DNA of 64,000 nucleotides from an uncultured delta proteobacterium (GTDB taxonomy: Bacteria > Myxococcota > Myxococcia > Myxococcales > Anaeromyxobacteraceae): contig CAVYBH010000008.1 in assembly GCA_963766715.1 (NCBI GenBank), forward strand, positions 736,001 through 800,000. Reading direction: 5' to 3'. Positions 21,300 through 34,397 of this stretch are shown here, piece by piece. A program made the position numbers and the translations under genes. Every line of letters begins with the position of its first letter. Positions within the stretch are counted from its first letter, which is position 1. The notes under the pieces are model-generated. The model worked only from the letters and a program-made list of their open reading frames with translations. It had not been told where the DNA came from and did no database searches.

Positions 21300-21970
21300 G
21301 TCCCGCGCCGCTTCCCGCCGTAGCGCCCCTCCGCCGACGCCGTCGCGGCGTGGGAGGGCACGACGTAGGCCAGCACGAGCCGCAGGATGTGCTCCTCGAT
21401 CTTCCCGGACGAGACCAGCTCGGGCCGGTCGAGGATGGCGCGGTTCACCAGCCCCTCGACGGCGGCCACCAGCACGAAGGACGCGGTCTCCACGTCCTTC
21501 ACCTCGATCCGCTCCAGGTTCTCGCCGAGCCAGGCGGCCACCAGCTTCTCGTAGTTGGTGAAGAGCTCGTGGAGGCGCCGCAGCGCCCCGATGCGGGGGA
21601 CCTGCTCCACCAGCGCCCGGTGCAGGCGGGGCTCGGCCTGCTGCGCCGCCAGCATGGCCCGGATCATCTCGGTCGCCACGTCCTCGGCGGTGGCGGCGGT
21701 CCCGGCGTTCTGGAGCCGGGCGGCGATGTTCTCCTGCATGCGGGAGGCGTACTGCTCCATCACCGCGGCGACGAGCGCCTCCTTGCCGGGGAAGTACTGG
21801 TAGAGCGAGCCCACGCTCACCCCCGCCTCCTTGGCCACCCGGTTCGTGGAGAGGGCGTCGTAGCCGTCGCGGACGAGCACGCGCGCGGTGGCGGCCACGA
21901 TGCTGTCGACCGTGGCGCGGGAGCGCTGCTGTGCGGGAGCCTTGCGAGGCGTGGTTCGGATGCGAGCCAT
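21296..21970 (-). CDS. TetR/AcrR family transcriptional regulator
   Basis: PRKAPAQQRSRATVDSIV, STNRVAKEAGVSVGSLYQYFPGKEAL HTH. Confidence 0.93.
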   Translation of the reverse strand: MARIRTTPRKAPAQQRSRATVDSIVAATARVLVRDGYDALSTNRVAKEAGVSVGSLYQYFPGKEALVAAVMEQYASRMQENIAARLQNAGTAATAEDVATEMIRAMLAAQQAEPRLHRALVEQVPRIGALRRLHELFTNYEKLVAAWLGENLERIEVKDVETASFVLVAAVEGLVNRAILDRPELVSSGKIEEHILRLVLAYVVPSHAATASAEGRYGGKRRGT

Positions 21971-21982
21971 CACTCGCATTCT
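21960..21982 (-). promoter_or_regulatory. Palindromic operator ATGCGAG-N6-CTCGCAT over the TetR start codon, with TAGAAT -10
   Basis: Perfect 7-bp inverted repeat 21960-21966 / 21973-21979; TAGAAT on the minus strand 7 nt before the ATG. Confidence 0.65.
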
Positions 21983-22018
21983 AGCCGGGATGCGGGCCGA
22001 TGGATAGCCCGCCCGGCG

Positions 22019-23980
22019 TCAGAACTGGACCTGCGCCCCCATCTCGACGACGCGGTTGGGCGGGAGGCCGAAGAAGGCGCTGGCCGGGCTCGCGTTGCGC
22101 GCCAGGATGATGAAGAGCCGCTTGCGCCACCGCGGGATGCGGGACGGGCCGTCGGGGATGAGGGTCTCCCGGCCCAGGTAGTAGGTGGTGTCCATCACCG
22201 CGTTCTCGAGGCGAGGTCCGGGGATGGCGAACGGGGGGAGGGACGCGAGCAGGGCCGGGACGTTGGGCGTCTCCATGAAGCCGTAGCGCCCCACGATCTG
22301 GTGGATGCCGTTGCCCAGGCTCTTCACCGCGAGTCGCTCCTTCTCCGGCACGAACGGGACCTCCTCGGTGAGCACGGAGACGAGCAGCACCCGCTCGTGC
22401 AGCACCTTGTTGTGCTTGAGGTGGTGGAGCAGGACGCCAGGCGTCCCGGCGGGGTTGGAGGTCATGAAGACCGCCGTGCCGGGGATGCGGTGCGGGGGGT
22501 GCCGCTCCAGGTCCGGCAGGAAGAGGCCGAGCGGCAGGGAGGCGCCGGCCATCTGCTGGGCCATCGCCTCCCGCCCCTTCTTCCAGGTGGAGAGGAGCGC
22601 GAAGATGACGGCGCCCGCCGCCAGCGGGAACCAGCCTCCCTCCTCGATCTTGAAGAGGTTCGCCCCCAGGAAGGCGAGGTCCACCACCAGGAAGAGGAAG
22701 GTGAGCGGCCACACCGCCCAGCGGGACCAGCGCCAGCGGTCGCGGGCCACCCGGTGGAAGAGCAGCGTGGTGATGGTCATGGTGCCGGTGACGGCGATGC
22801 CGTAGGCGGCGGCCAGGTTGTCGGAGGAGCCGAACCCGAGCACGAGGGCGACCGTGGCGACGGCCAGCGCCCAGTTCACCTCGGGGATGTAGATCTGCCC
22901 GAATTCCGTGCTGGAGGTGTGCCGCACGGTGAGGCGGGGGGCGTAGCCGAGCTGGATCGCCTGGTTGGTGAGCGAGTAGGCGCCGGAGATGAGGGCCTGG
23001 GAGGCCACGATCGCCGCCGCCGTGGCGATGGCCACCATGGGCCAGAGCGCCCAGCCCGGCATGGCCCGGTAGAACGGGTTGGAGACGGCGGACGGATCCC
23101 GCAGGAGCAGCGAGCCCTGCCCCATGTAGTTGAGGAGGAGGGAGGGCATGGCCACCGTGAACCAGGCCAGCCGGATGGGGTGACGGCCGAAGTGGCCCAT
23201 GTCGGCGTAGAGCGCCTCGGCCCCGGTGAGGACGAGCACCACGCCGCCGAGCACGAAGAATCCCGATGGCCCGTTCCGCAGGAAGAAGGCGATGCCGTAG
23301 TGGGGCGAGAAGGCCCGCAGGACCGCCGGCTCCTTCCAGACGTTCCAGACGCCGATGACCGCGATGCAGGTGAACCAGAGCATCATCACCGGCCCGAAGA
23401 CCAGGCCCACGGTGGTGGTCCCGCGCTTCTGGATCGCGAAGAGCAGGACCAGGACGAGCACGGTGGCCGGGACCACGGCACGGTGCAGCCCCGGCGCCAC
23501 CACGATGAGGCCTTCCATGGCGCCGAGCACGCTGATGGCCGGCGTGATGACCCCGTCGCCGTAGAGGAGCGCCGCCCCGAAGAGGCCGAGCACGAGCAGG
23601 GTGCGCCGGCCGCGGTTGGTGGTCTCGGTCTGCCCGACGAGCGCCATGAGCGCCAGGATGCCGCCCTCGCCGCGGTTGTCGGCCCGCATGACGAAGGTGA
23701 GGTACTTGAAGGCGACCACGAAGATCATCGCCCAGACCACCAGCGAGAGGACGCCGATCACGTTCTCGGGGGTGGGGTCCACGCCGTGCTTGCCGCCGAA
23801 GCTCTCCTTGAAGGCGTAGAGCGGGCTCGTGCCGATGTCGCCGTACACGACCCCCAGCGCGCCGAGCGCGAGCGCCGCGGTCGCGGCCCGGCTCCTCCGG
23901 ATGGAGCCGTGGTGCCCGGTGTCGTGTGCGTTCCCGGAGGCGTGTCCGGCCGGGGTCGGTGTTGGGGGGTTCGCTTGGTT
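22019..23980 (-). CDS. kup: KUP/HAK/KT potassium transporter (start approximate)
   Basis: ALGVVYGDIGTSPLYA, RADNRGEGG, YGDGVITPAISVL, GAEALYADMGHFG, GQIYIP, AYGIAVT, YGFME, VVEMGAQV. Confidence 0.96.
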   Translation of the reverse strand, partial: NQANPPTPTPAGHASGNAHDTGHHGSIRRSRAATAALALGALGVVYGDIGTSPLYAFKESFGGKHGVDPTPENVIGVLSLVVWAMIFVVAFKYLTFVMRADNRGEGGILALMALVGQTETTNRGRRTLLVLGLFGAALLYGDGVITPAISVLGAMEGLIVVAPGLHRAVVPATVLVLVLLFAIQKRGTTTVGLVFGPVMMLWFTCIAVIGVWNVWKEPAVLRAFSPHYGIAFFLRNGPSGFFVLGGVVLVLTGAEALYADMGHFGRHPIRLAWFTVAMPSLLLNYMGQGSLLLRDPSAVSNPFYRAMPGWALWPMVAIATAAAIVASQALISGAYSLTNQAIQLGYAPRLTVRHTSSTEFGQIYIPEVNWALAVATVALVLGFGSSDNLAAAYGIAVTGTMTITTLLFHRVARDRWRWSRWAVWPLTFLFLVVDLAFLGANLFKIEEGGWFPLAAGAVIFALLSTWKKGREAMAQQMAGASLPLGLFLPDLERHPPHRIPGTAVFMTSNPAGTPGVLLHHLKHNKVLHERVLLVSVLTEEVPFVPEKERLAVKSLGNGIHQIVGRYGFMETPNVPALLASLPPFAIPGPRLENAVMDTTYYLGRETLIPDGPSRIPRWRKRLFIILARNASPASAFFGLPPNRVVEMGAQVQF

Positions 23981-24153
23981 CAGGGGCGTGCCTCTGGTGG
24001 GCGGCCGACAGGGTTAGCCGATCCGCGGCCCGCGGTCGAGTGGTCTGCACCGCCCGTGCCAGTCCTGCCCGCCTCCTGCCCGTCCGGGCCGCCCCTTTCC
24101 TGCCGGTTCCCGTCCTGGCGGGGTCGCCTGTACCCGCCGGCGCCGATGCTGCC

Positions 24154-24837
24154 CTAGAAGCCGAAGCTCCCCTTCACGCCCAGTTGCAGCCAGCCGTGCA
24201 GCGCCTTGTTGGGGATGTTGCTGTCGCTCGTCTGCCCGTCGCGGCCCAGGGTGGCCCGGCTGAACTCGCCGATCGACCCGGAGACCCAGGGCCCCACCTT
24301 CCAGCCCGGCGCCACGACCACGTCGTAGCCGGCCTGGAGGTTCACGAACTCCCAGCCGGACACGTCGAGGTTGGTGGTGAAGGCCGCGCTGCTGTAGCGG
24401 GTGAAGAGCCACTCCCACCCGGTTCCGATCCCGAACCACGGCGTGTCGCCCGTCTCGTTCACCGAGTAGAGGGCCTGGACGCCCACGCGCAGCCCGGTGA
24501 GCCGGCAGCTCTCGCCCACCTGGCACTGGCCGATCTGGAGGACGTTCCAGCCGTACTGGACGTAGCCGCCCACGAACCAGTGGCCGGCGAGGGTCACGCC
24601 GGCGTCCACCTGCAGCGGGATGCTCAGCAGCACGAGCTCGTCGATGAGCAGCGGGCCGGTCGAGGGGTCGGTGGAGACGCTTCCCATGGGGAGCGCCGCC
24701 GAGATCCGGGCGCCCAGGGTGAACTGGAAGGGCGGGACCTCCGGTGCGGCGCGCGGCGCGGTCTCGTCGCCGGCGGCGGGACAGGCGAGCAGGGCGGCGA
24801 GGAGTGCGGCGACCAGGCGCCCGGCGGTGAACCCCAT
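24154..24837 (-). CDS. Outer-membrane beta-barrel protein
   Basis: Signal peptide, alternating aromatic strands (IPLQVDAG, GGYVQYG, PWFGIGTGWEW), C-terminal GSFGF. Confidence 0.7.
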   Translation of the reverse strand: MGFTAGRLVAALLAALLACPAAGDETAPRAAPEVPPFQFTLGARISAALPMGSVSTDPSTGPLLIDELVLLSIPLQVDAGVTLAGHWFVGGYVQYGWNVLQIGQCQVGESCRLTGLRVGVQALYSVNETGDTPWFGIGTGWEWLFTRYSSAAFTTNLDVSGWEFVNLQAGYDVVVAPGWKVGPWVSGSIGEFSRATLGRDGQTSDSNIPNKALHGWLQLGVKGSFGF

Positions 24838-24881
24838 GACCCGAGGGTAGGACGCCGGCGGACTCCGGGCAAACGATCGTT

Positions 24882-25313
24882 TCAGCCCGGCCCGCAAAGG
24901 CGCCGGACCGCCTCGACCAGCTCGGCGGCCTCGATGGGCTTGAGCAGGCTGGCGTCCGTCCGCAGGCCGGGGGGCGCCTCGCTCCCCGTGCGGGACAGCG
25001 TCAGGAACGCGGACCCGCCTCCGCCGGCCTGGAGGGGCGCCAGGGAGGCCAGCTCGGCGGGCGTGGCCCCGTCCAGGTCGAGGACCACGAGGCGCGGGAC
25101 GCACCCCTGGCGCACCGTCTCGATCGCCTCGGCGGCGCAGGCCACCTCGACCACCGTGTAGGCGTTCTTCCGGAGCAGCCCGGTCACCTTGGCGGTGAAG
25201 CGGGCGTCGGCGTGGACGAGGAGCACGTCGATCGACGAGGACGGCACCCGCCGCTCCGGCGGGGGCGGCGTGATGCGTCCGAGGATCCCGTCCGGGCGCT
25301 CCGGGTCGGTCAC
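24882..25313 (-). CDS. Atypical single-domain response regulator (receiver)
   Basis: VLLVHAD (degenerate acidic pocket), PRLVVLDL, FLTLS, LLKPIEAAELVEAVRR. Confidence 0.65.
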   Translation of the reverse strand: MTDPERPDGILGRITPPPPERRVPSSSIDVLLVHADARFTAKVTGLLRKNAYTVVEVACAAEAIETVRQGCVPRLVVLDLDGATPAELASLAPLQAGGGGSAFLTLSRTGSEAPPGLRTDASLLKPIEAAELVEAVRRLCGPG

Positions 25314-25681
25314 TTCCCGTCCATGGCCTCGAGGGCGGCCTTGCCCCCCGGGACGGTGCTCACCCGCATCGCCTCCTGCATGAGGCTCGTGGTGACCTCG
25401 TTCAGGCGCGCCGCGTACTTCTTCTGGAGCTCGGCCTGCTCGGCCGGGGGCGGCGTCTTCACCGTGGCCATCTTCTCCTCGATCTTCTTGCGCCGCTCGG
25501 CCAGGGCCCGCAGCCGGGGAACGGCCGCCTGGGCCGAGGCCTCGTCCTTGACGGTGGCCATCGCCTGCGTGGTCTCGTCCATGGCGGTGATGGTCTGCTT
25601 GACCAGCGACTCGGCGTCGTCGGAGGCGCACCCCGTCGCCAGCAGCGCGACGAGGACGGGAAGGGCGAGGATCTTCTTCAT
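25310..25681 (-). CDS. Hypothetical helical lipoprotein
   Basis: MKKILALPVLVALLATG-C lipobox; amphipathic helices. Confidence 0.75.
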   Translation of the reverse strand: MKKILALPVLVALLATGCASDDAESLVKQTITAMDETTQAMATVKDEASAQAAVPRLRALAERRKKIEEKMATVKTPPPAEQAELQKKYAARLNEVTTSLMQEAMRVSTVPGGKAALEAMDGK

Positions 25682-25735
25682 GGCGGGCTCCGGAGCGGCG
25701 GGTGCGGAGCCGTTCCTATCACGGGAAAAGGGCGT

Positions 25736-26494
25736 TCAGCCAATTTCGCCGAGCAGGAGCGCGCCCTCGCTGGCCACCGCGTCCGGGGCCTCCCAGGTCA
25801 CCATGTGCCCCGCCCCGGGAACCGTGAGCAGCGCGTCGCCGGGGAGGCCGCGCGCGCAGGAAGGCGGCGTACTTCGGCGGCGTGAGCCGGTCCTCCTCGC
25901 CGACCACCAGGCGCGCCGGGGCCCGGACGGCGCCGAGCCGGGCCATCGCGTCGAAGGTGTCACACGCGGTGAAGTCGCCGTGCAGCACCCCGGGCGCGAC
26001 GGCGGCGATCGCTCCGGCGTACGCCTCCCGGAGCCCGGCCGGCGCGGCGGCGCCGAAGGAGACCGCGGCGACGGCGTCCGCCACCTCCCGGGCCCGGGCG
26101 GGGTCGGCCGAGGCCTGGAGGATGGCCGGGGTGATCCGGAGCCGGGCCCCGGTGGCCACGAGGAGCAGTCCGGCCACCCGTTCCGGGGCCTCGAGCGCGA
26201 GCCCGAGCGCGATGGCGCCGCCCATGGAGTGTCCGCCCACCGCGGCCCGCGCGATCCCGAGCGCGTCGAGCAGGCCGACGAGCCTCCGGACGTAGTCCGG
26301 CACGGAGCGCTCGCCAGGGAGCGGGGAGGCCCCGTGGCCCGGGAGGTCCACCGCGACGACGCGGCGGCCGGGGAGGCGTCGCAGCGTCTCCGGCCAGGTG
26401 GCGAGCGTCCCGCCGGCCCCGTGGACGAGGAGGAGCGCCGTCCCGGACGCGTCCGGCGGGGCGTGCTCCTCGAAGGCGATCCCGGCGGCGGTCC

Positions 26495-26504
<10 letters not shown>
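25736..26504 (-). CDS. Alpha/beta hydrolase; indel near 25855
   Basis: LVHGAGG, VDLPGHG, GHSMGG nucleophile, GEEDRLTPP, GAGHM; start overlaps tnaA end. Confidence 0.88.
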
Positions 26505-27865
<1,361 letters not shown>

Positions 27866-27878
27866 GTCCCGAGGTGTA

Positions 27879-28418
27879 TCACCGGGTCCCCGTCGTCGGC
27901 GATCGCGCCAGGTACTTCAGCTGGACCACCCCGCTCGGGAGCGAACGGCACGACTCGAGGGTCACCGGGCTCCCGGGCAGGTCGCCCTGGAAGAGCCGGA
28001 TCCCGCTGCCCAGCACGACCGGGACGATCGAGATGGTGAGGTCGTCGAGGAGGCCCGCCGCGAGGAAGGCGCCCACCACCGACCCGCCGTCGACGTAGAC
28101 GCGCCGGACCCCGGTGCGCGCGACCTGCGCCACGACCTCGGGCGGGGTTCCAGCCAGGAACTCCTCGCCGTGGCTCGCCGGGACTCGTCGGTGGGTGAGC
28201 ACGAAGCACCGCTTCCCGGCATAGGGCCAGTGCTCGAACCCGAGGACGGTGTCGTAGGTCCTCCGCCCCACCACGATCGCCTCGATCGCATCGAAGAAGG
28301 GCTGGTAGCCGTGGTCCTCGGCCTCGAAGGGGGCGAGCCAGTCGAGGCGGCCGTCTGGGCGGGCGATGAAGCCATCGAGGCTCATGGCCAGGAAGGCGGA
28401 GCAGCGGAGCGGTTCCAC
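27879..28418 (-). CDS. Dihydrofolate reductase / RibD C-terminal family protein
   Basis: [31 protein letters not shown]. Confidence 0.9.
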   Translation of the reverse strand: MEPLRCSAFLAMSLDGFIARPDGRLDWLAPFEAEDHGYQPFFDAIEAIVVGRRTYDTVLGFEHWPYAGKRCFVLTHRRVPASHGEEFLAGTPPEVVAQVARTGVRRVYVDGGSVVGAFLAAGLLDDLTISIVPVVLGSGIRLFQGDLPGSPVTLESCRSLPSGVVQLKYLARSPTTGTR

Positions 28419-28548
28419 GGGTACCCCGGGCGAGAGATCCCTCCCCCATTACCCGGCACGGGGGCCCCGGCACGACCATCCCCGCGCTCCCTCGGTATTT
28501 GCAGGCGGGGGCTTCCAAGCGCTCCTCCGGACGTGGCATTCCATTCCC

Positions 28549-31500
28549 ATGCCCGTCCGCCCGTTCCGCAAGGTCATGGCCGCCAACCGCGGCGAGATCG
28601 CCATCCGCATCTTCCGGGCCTGCACCGAGCTCGGCATCCCCACCGTCGCCATCTACTCGGAGGAGGACCGGCTCTCCCTGCACCGGTACAAGGCCGACGA
28701 GGCCTACCCGGTGGGCAAGGGCAAGAAGCCCATCGACGCCTACCTGGGCGTGGACGAGATCGTGGAGCTCGCCCGGCGCGTCGGCGTCGACGCCATCCAC
28801 CCCGGGTACGGGTTCCTGGCCGAGAACGCCGACTTCGCCGACGCCTGCGAGAAGGCCGGCATCGCCTTCATCGGCCCCACCGGCGACATGATGCGGAGCC
28901 TGGGCGACAAGGTGGCCGGCCGGCGGGCCGCCGTGTCGGCCGGCGTCCCGGTGGTCCCGGGCACGCCCGAGCCCATCCTCCACGACGAGCAGGCCCTCCT
29001 CTTCGCCCGCCAGCACGGCTACCCCATCATCGTGAAGGCCGCCGCCGGCGGGGGCGGGCGCGGCATGCGGGTGGCGCGCAGCCAGAAGGAGCTGCTCGAG
29101 GGGCTGGTCTCGGCCCGCAGCGAGGCCCAGGCCGCCTTCGGGAACCCGGCGGTCTTCCTGGAGCGCTACGTCGAGAATCCCAAGCACCTCGAGGTCCAGG
29201 TGCTGGGCGACGCCCACGGAGGCCTGGTCCACTTCTTCGAGCGCGACTGCTCGGTGCAGCGCCGCCACCAGAAGGTGGTGGAGTTCGCGCCCTCGCTCGC
29301 CCTCTCCGAGGCCCAGCGAGCCGCGCTCTGCGAGGACGCGCTCCGCATCTCGCGGCTCGTCTCCTACCGCAACGCCGGGACCATCGAGTTCCTCCTCGAC
29401 GGCGAGGGGCGCCACTACTTCATCGAGGTGAACCCGCGCATCCAGGTGGAGCACACGGTCACCGAGATGATCACCGGCCGCAACCTGGTGCAGGCCCAGA
29501 TCCTGGTGGCGCAGGGGTACCGCCTCTCCGACCCGGAGATCGGGCTCGCCTCCCAGGCCGACATCCAGATGCGCGGCTTCGCCATCCAGTGCCGCATCAC
29601 CACCGAGGACCCGCAGAACGGCTTCGCCCCCGACTTCGGGACCATCAAGGCCTACCGCACGGCCGGCGGCGCCGGGGTCCGGCTCGACGCCGGCAACGGC
29701 TTCACCGGGGCCCAGATCACCCCCCACTACGATTCCCTGCTCGTGAAGGTCTGCACCTGGGGGCTCACCTTCCAGGAATCGGCGCGCATCATGCACCGCT
29801 CCCTGCAGGAGTTCCGGATCCGCGGGGTGAAGACCAACATCCCCTTCCTGGAGAAGGTGGTCACCCACCCGCTCTTCCTCCAGGGGCGCGCCGACACCTC
29901 CTTCATCGACCGCCACCCGGAGCTGCTCCTCTCCGCCCAGAAGAAGGACCGCGGCTCGAAGCTGCTCTCCTGGATCGGCGAGGTGGTGGTGAACGGCTCG
30001 CCGGGCGTCCAGAAGCCGCTGCGCCCCAGCGAGCTGCGCGAGGCCCCGGTCCCCCGGGTGGACCTGGCCTCGCCGCCTCCCCCGGGCAGCCGGGACGTGC
30101 TGCTCGCCCGCGGGCCGGAAGGGCTGGCCGCCTGGGCCCGCGAGCGGAAGGGGCTCCTCTTCACCGACACCACCATGCGCGACGCGCACCAGTCGCTGCT
30201 CGCCACGCGCGTCCGCAGCCACGACCTGCTCCGCATCGCCCCGGCCACGGCGCGCCTCGGCGCCGGGCTCTTCAGCCTCGAGCTGTGGGGCGGGGCCACC
30301 TTCGACGTGGCCATGCGCTTCCTCAAGGAGGACCCCTGGACCCGGCTCCACCGGCTCCGCGAGGCCATCCCCAACGTGCTCTTCCAGATGCTGCTGCGGG
30401 GCTCGAACGCGGTGGGCTACACCAACTACCCGGACAACGTGGTGGAGCGCTTCGTCGAGGAGGCCGCCGGCGAGCGGGGTCGACGTCTTCCGGGTCTTCG
30501 ACGCGCTCAACTGGACGAAGGGCATGACGGTGGCCATGGAGGCCGTGCGCCGGAGCGGCAAGGTCTGCGAGGCCGCCATGTGCTACACGGGCGACATCAC
30601 CGACCCGAGGCGGGACAAGTACCCGCTCGCCTACTACGTGTCGCTGGCCCGCGAGCTGGAGCGCATGGGCGCCCATTTCCTCGCCGTGAAGGACATGGCG
30701 GGGCTCATGAAGCCCATGGCGGCCCGCAAGCTCTTCACCGCGCTCAAGGCCGAGGTGGGCCTCCCGGTCCACTTCCACACCCACGACACCTCCGGCGTGG
30801 CCTCGGCCAGCGTGCTCGAGGCCGCCGCGGCGGGCGTGGACGTGGTCGACGCGGCCCTGTCGTCGCTCTCCGGCCTCACCGCCCAGCCCAACCTCAACAG
30901 CCTGGCCGCGGCGCTCGCCGGGACCGAGCGCGATCCCGGCCTCGACCTCCCCGGCCTGCAGCGGCTGGCCGACTACTGGGAGGCGGTGCGGGAGTGGTAC
31001 GCGCCCTTCGAGTCCGGGCTGCGCAGCGGCACCGCCGAGGTCTACTGGCACGAGATCCCGGGCGGCCAGTACTCCAACTTCCGGCCGCAGGTGGCCGGGC
31101 TCGGCCTCCTGGATCGCTGGGAGGAGTGCAAGGAGATGTACCGGAAGGTGAACATCCTCTTCGGGGACATCATCAAGGTGACGCCCACCTCCAAGGTGGT
31201 GGGCGACATGGCCATGTTCATGGTGAAGAACGACCTCCAGCCCGAGGACGTGCTCGCCCGCGGCGAGGACCTGGCCTTCCCCGAGTCGGTGGTGGGCCTC
31301 TTGAAGGGCATGCTGGGCCAGCCCCACGGCGGCTTCCCGAAGCGGCTCCAGGAGGTCGTGCTGAAGGGGCAGGAGCCCATCCACTGCCGTCCCGGCGAGC
31401 TGCTCGAGCCCGCCGACCTGCAGGCCGAGCAGGCGAAGGCCGAGGAGCGCGTGGGCGGGCCGGTGGACGCGAAGGGGCTCGTCAGCTGGCTCCTCTACCC

Positions 31501-31996
31501 GAACGTCTACCCCGAGTTCCGGCGCCACCTCGACGACTACTCCGACACCTCCGTCATCCCCACCCCGACCTTCCTCTACGGCCTCGACCCGGGCCAGGAG
31601 ACCTCGGTGGAGATCGAGCCGGGGAAGACCCTCATCATCAAGCTCAACGCGGTGGGGGGGCTGCAGCCCGACGGCACGCGCAGCGTCTACTTCGAGCTGA
31701 ACGGGGAGGCGCGCGCGGTGACCGTGCGCGACCAGGCCGCCACCACCAGCAAGGCCGCCCGGCCCAAGGCCGATCGGGCGAACCCGAAGCACGTGGGGGC
31801 GCCCATGCCCGGCAAGGTGCTCAAGGTGAACGTGAAGCCCGGCGACGCGATCCGCGGCGGCGACGTGCTGCTCGTCACCGAGGCCATGAAGATGGAGACC
31901 AACGTGAAGCTGAAGGCCGACGCGGTCGTGGCCGAGGTCCACGTGAAGGACGGCGACAAGGTCGAGAAGGACGACCTGGTCGCGGTCCTGGCCTGA
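28549..31996 (+). CDS. pyc: Pyruvate carboxylase; indel near 30470
   Basis: [29 protein letters not shown] (biotin carboxylase); [32 protein letters not shown] (carboxyltransferase); EAMKME biotin site. Confidence 0.96.
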
Positions 31997-32009
31997 CCGC
32001 CCGGCGACC

Positions 32010-32561
32010 TCAGTGCGGGTCGCCGCCCTTGCCGGCCGGCCGGCGGTGGAAGAAGAGGTCGAAGACGCTGCCCGCCCCGAGCGCGTCGGCCGCCTCCTGG
32101 AAGGCGAAGAAGGGCACGAACGCGACCAGCATGAGCTGGAACCGGGCGAGCATCTCGTACCCGCGTCCGCCGGAGAGGTCGAACACGGCCTTCACCGGCT
32201 CGTGGTGGAGGAGCGCGTGGATCAGGTGCTCGCACATCACCAGCACCGCCGCGAACAGGGCGAAGACGATCGACTTCCAGACGGTGGAGACGATGAGCGG
32301 CGCCGTCCGGAACCGGGTGCCGATGTGCAGGGCCTCCCCGATGAGGATCACCTTGGCGAGGATCATGGCCTGGAGGAGCGCCCACCCGTACTCGAAGTAG
32401 CCGATGTGGTACTCGGCCATCACGAGCTTGCGGTAGGTGGTGAGCGCGAGGAAGAAGCAGGCCAGGTAGGCCCCGATGAGGAGGTACTCCCTCGTCTCGT
32501 GCTCGATCTTCTCCTTCAGCGCCTCCTTCCTGGCGCCGCCGCCCGATCCGTGGCTGGACAT
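32010..32561 (-). CDS. Hypothetical integral membrane protein
   Basis: Four hydrophobic segments, host-like codon usage, SD-like AAGGAA before the ATG. Confidence 0.7.
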   Translation of the reverse strand: MSSHGSGGGARKEALKEKIEHETREYLLIGAYLACFFLALTTYRKLVMAEYHIGYFEYGWALLQAMILAKVILIGEALHIGTRFRTAPLIVSTVWKSIVFALFAAVLVMCEHLIHALLHHEPVKAVFDLSGGRGYEMLARFQLMLVAFVPFFAFQEAADALGAGSVFDLFFHRRPAGKGGDPH

Positions 32562-32575
32562 GGTTCCTTGACGAC

Positions 32576-33648
32576 TCAGTTCCAGTAGTACCGGAAGTTG
32601 ATCCAGGCGAGGGTGGCTGGAGACCTGCTGGGTCTCGAGGCGGCTCCACTTCCAGTCGAGCTCCAGGCCGAGCGCGAGGTCCTTGCGGCCGGTGTAGTAG
32701 AGGCCGAAGCCTGTCCTCGTTGGCCGTCGTGACCCCGTTGCCGCCGATCGGCGATGGTGATGGTAGGCCACGTTCAGCACCGAGGGGCAGCCAGTGGAGG
32801 AGCGGCATGGCGTCGAAGTCGACCATCGCGGCGAAGGTCGCCCCGTTCGTGGCGACGGAGGTCGTGCCCGGTCTTGGTCGGGCGCGATGAACTGGGCGTT
32901 CGCGATGACGCCCAGGTAGGGGTCGGGCGCCCAGGCCCCGTTGAGCCCGGCCGTCCAGGTCACGGTGTTGTCGCTCTGGAATCCCTGCGACGAGGTCGAA
33001 CCGGCAATTCGGCGGGTCGATCCGGCACTGGTTGAGGGCGTCTGGAGATCCCGCTGGCGAGAAGGAGGGCGTAGACCGGGCCGTAGGCTGGCGTCGAGCG
33101 TGGCCGCCGAAGCGGAAGTTCTCTCCCACCGGGAGGCTCCCCTTCACGCCGATGTCGCCGGTGATCCGGGCCGACGTCCCGACGGTGAAGGCCGCGCCGT
33201 TCCCGGTGCCCAGGTAGGCGGTGGTGATGAGGCCGGCGCGCGCCGACAGGTACTCGAGGATGCGGACGTTCTGAGCATGAAGCCCGACCCCGAGCCCGGT
33301 GTAGCCGTACCACTTCTCCTGGTCCGGGCTGATGAAGGCGGCGGGCTCAGCTGGAGCACCGGGCCCAGCGCGTTGCCGGATCCGAGGCCGAAGGACATCC
33401 CGAAGGCCGTGTAGGAGAACGGATCGTCGATGATGTGGGAGGGCAGGAAGAAGTGGCCGTTCAGCTCCCGGCCCCACTTCTGCTCCTCCGGCGTGGGGCT
33501 CGACCAGGACGGCGGTCGTGTCGCCGCGGCGGTCTTCGCGGTGACGCGCGGCGGGCGCGGCCTCGGGCGCGGGCTTGGCCTCCTGGGCATTCGCCGGGGC
33601 GCTCCACGACAGGGCGGCAATCGCGACCAGGGACGCAAACGTTCTCAT
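32576..33648 (-). CDS. Hypothetical exported/outer-membrane protein; many indels
   Basis: Signal MRTFASLVAIAALSWSAPANA; segments GRELNGHFF.PS, FGLYYTGRKDLALGLELDW and terminal AWINFRYYWN resemble a beta-barrel. Confidence 0.55.
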
Positions 33649-33849
33649 GGGGATCCCCTCCGGGGAGTGACGGATGGTGGGCAGGCCGGGGTGTTCGGCT
33701 CCGTGGGCCGGGATACTAGTCCACTGGCAGTCAGCGATGTCCCCTCCGGATTCCCCGTGCACCCCCAACAGGACGCTGACGCCCGGCCGGCGTCCGGCTA
33801 AAAAGGCCCGTCCCCGCCATCCCGGCGGAAAAATCCACTTGGAGAGTCC

Positions 33850-34335
33850 ATGAGAATCGCCCTCGCCGCCCTCGTCCTCGTCCCCACCCTCGCGCTCGCC
33901 CAGGGGACGCCGGCGCCGGCCGCGTCCGCCTCCACCGACCAGAAGGCCACCCTGCAGAGCATCGAGAAGGACCTGCTCGCCGCGCGCGCCGACATCATCT
34001 CCAAGAACCTGGGGCTCACCGCCGACCAGGCCGCCAAGTTCTGGCCCACGTACGAGAAGTACCAGGCCGAGCTGAAGGGCATCATCGACACGCAGCTCCA
34101 GAACGTGAAGAAGTACGCCGAGAACTACCAGACCCTCACCGACGCCCAGGCCGTCGAGCTCGCCAACGCGACGATCGACCGGGACCTCGCCGCCGACGGG
34201 CTGCGCAAGAAGTGGCTGCCCGAGTTCCAGAAGGTCCTCCCGGGCAAGGTGGCCGCGCGCTTCATGCAGATCGACCGGCGACTCTCGCTGCTCACCCAGC
34301 TCGAGCTCGCTTCCCAGATCCCGCTGGTCCGCTGA
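33850..34335 (+). CDS. Periplasmic helical protein (Spy/CpxP-like hypothetical)
   Basis: Signal peptide; [31 protein letters not shown]. Confidence 0.7.
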   Translation: MRIALAALVLVPTLALAQGTPAPAASASTDQKATLQSIEKDLLAARADIISKNLGLTADQAAKFWPTYEKYQAELKGIIDTQLQNVKKYAENYQTLTDAQAVELANATIDRDLAADGLRKKWLPEFQKVLPGKVAARFMQIDRRLSLLTQLELASQIPLVR

Positions 34336-34397
34336 CCCCGGCCACGCCGGGGGTGGTGGCGGTCCCGCCGCTCCCGGCGGTAGGCTCGTGCCGCACC

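Noticed and set aside
19568..24157. 1529-aa ORF and other very long Arg/Gly/Pro-rich ORFs (e.g. 27669-30527, 12287-14635, 57801-60560)
   Set aside because: Shadow frames of real genes in very GC-rich DNA with few stop codons; no motifs and atypical composition.
30460..30490. Programmed frameshift or split pyruvate carboxylase
   Set aside because: The break falls inside the carboxyltransferase domain with no slippery sequence, and matches the window-wide indel noise.
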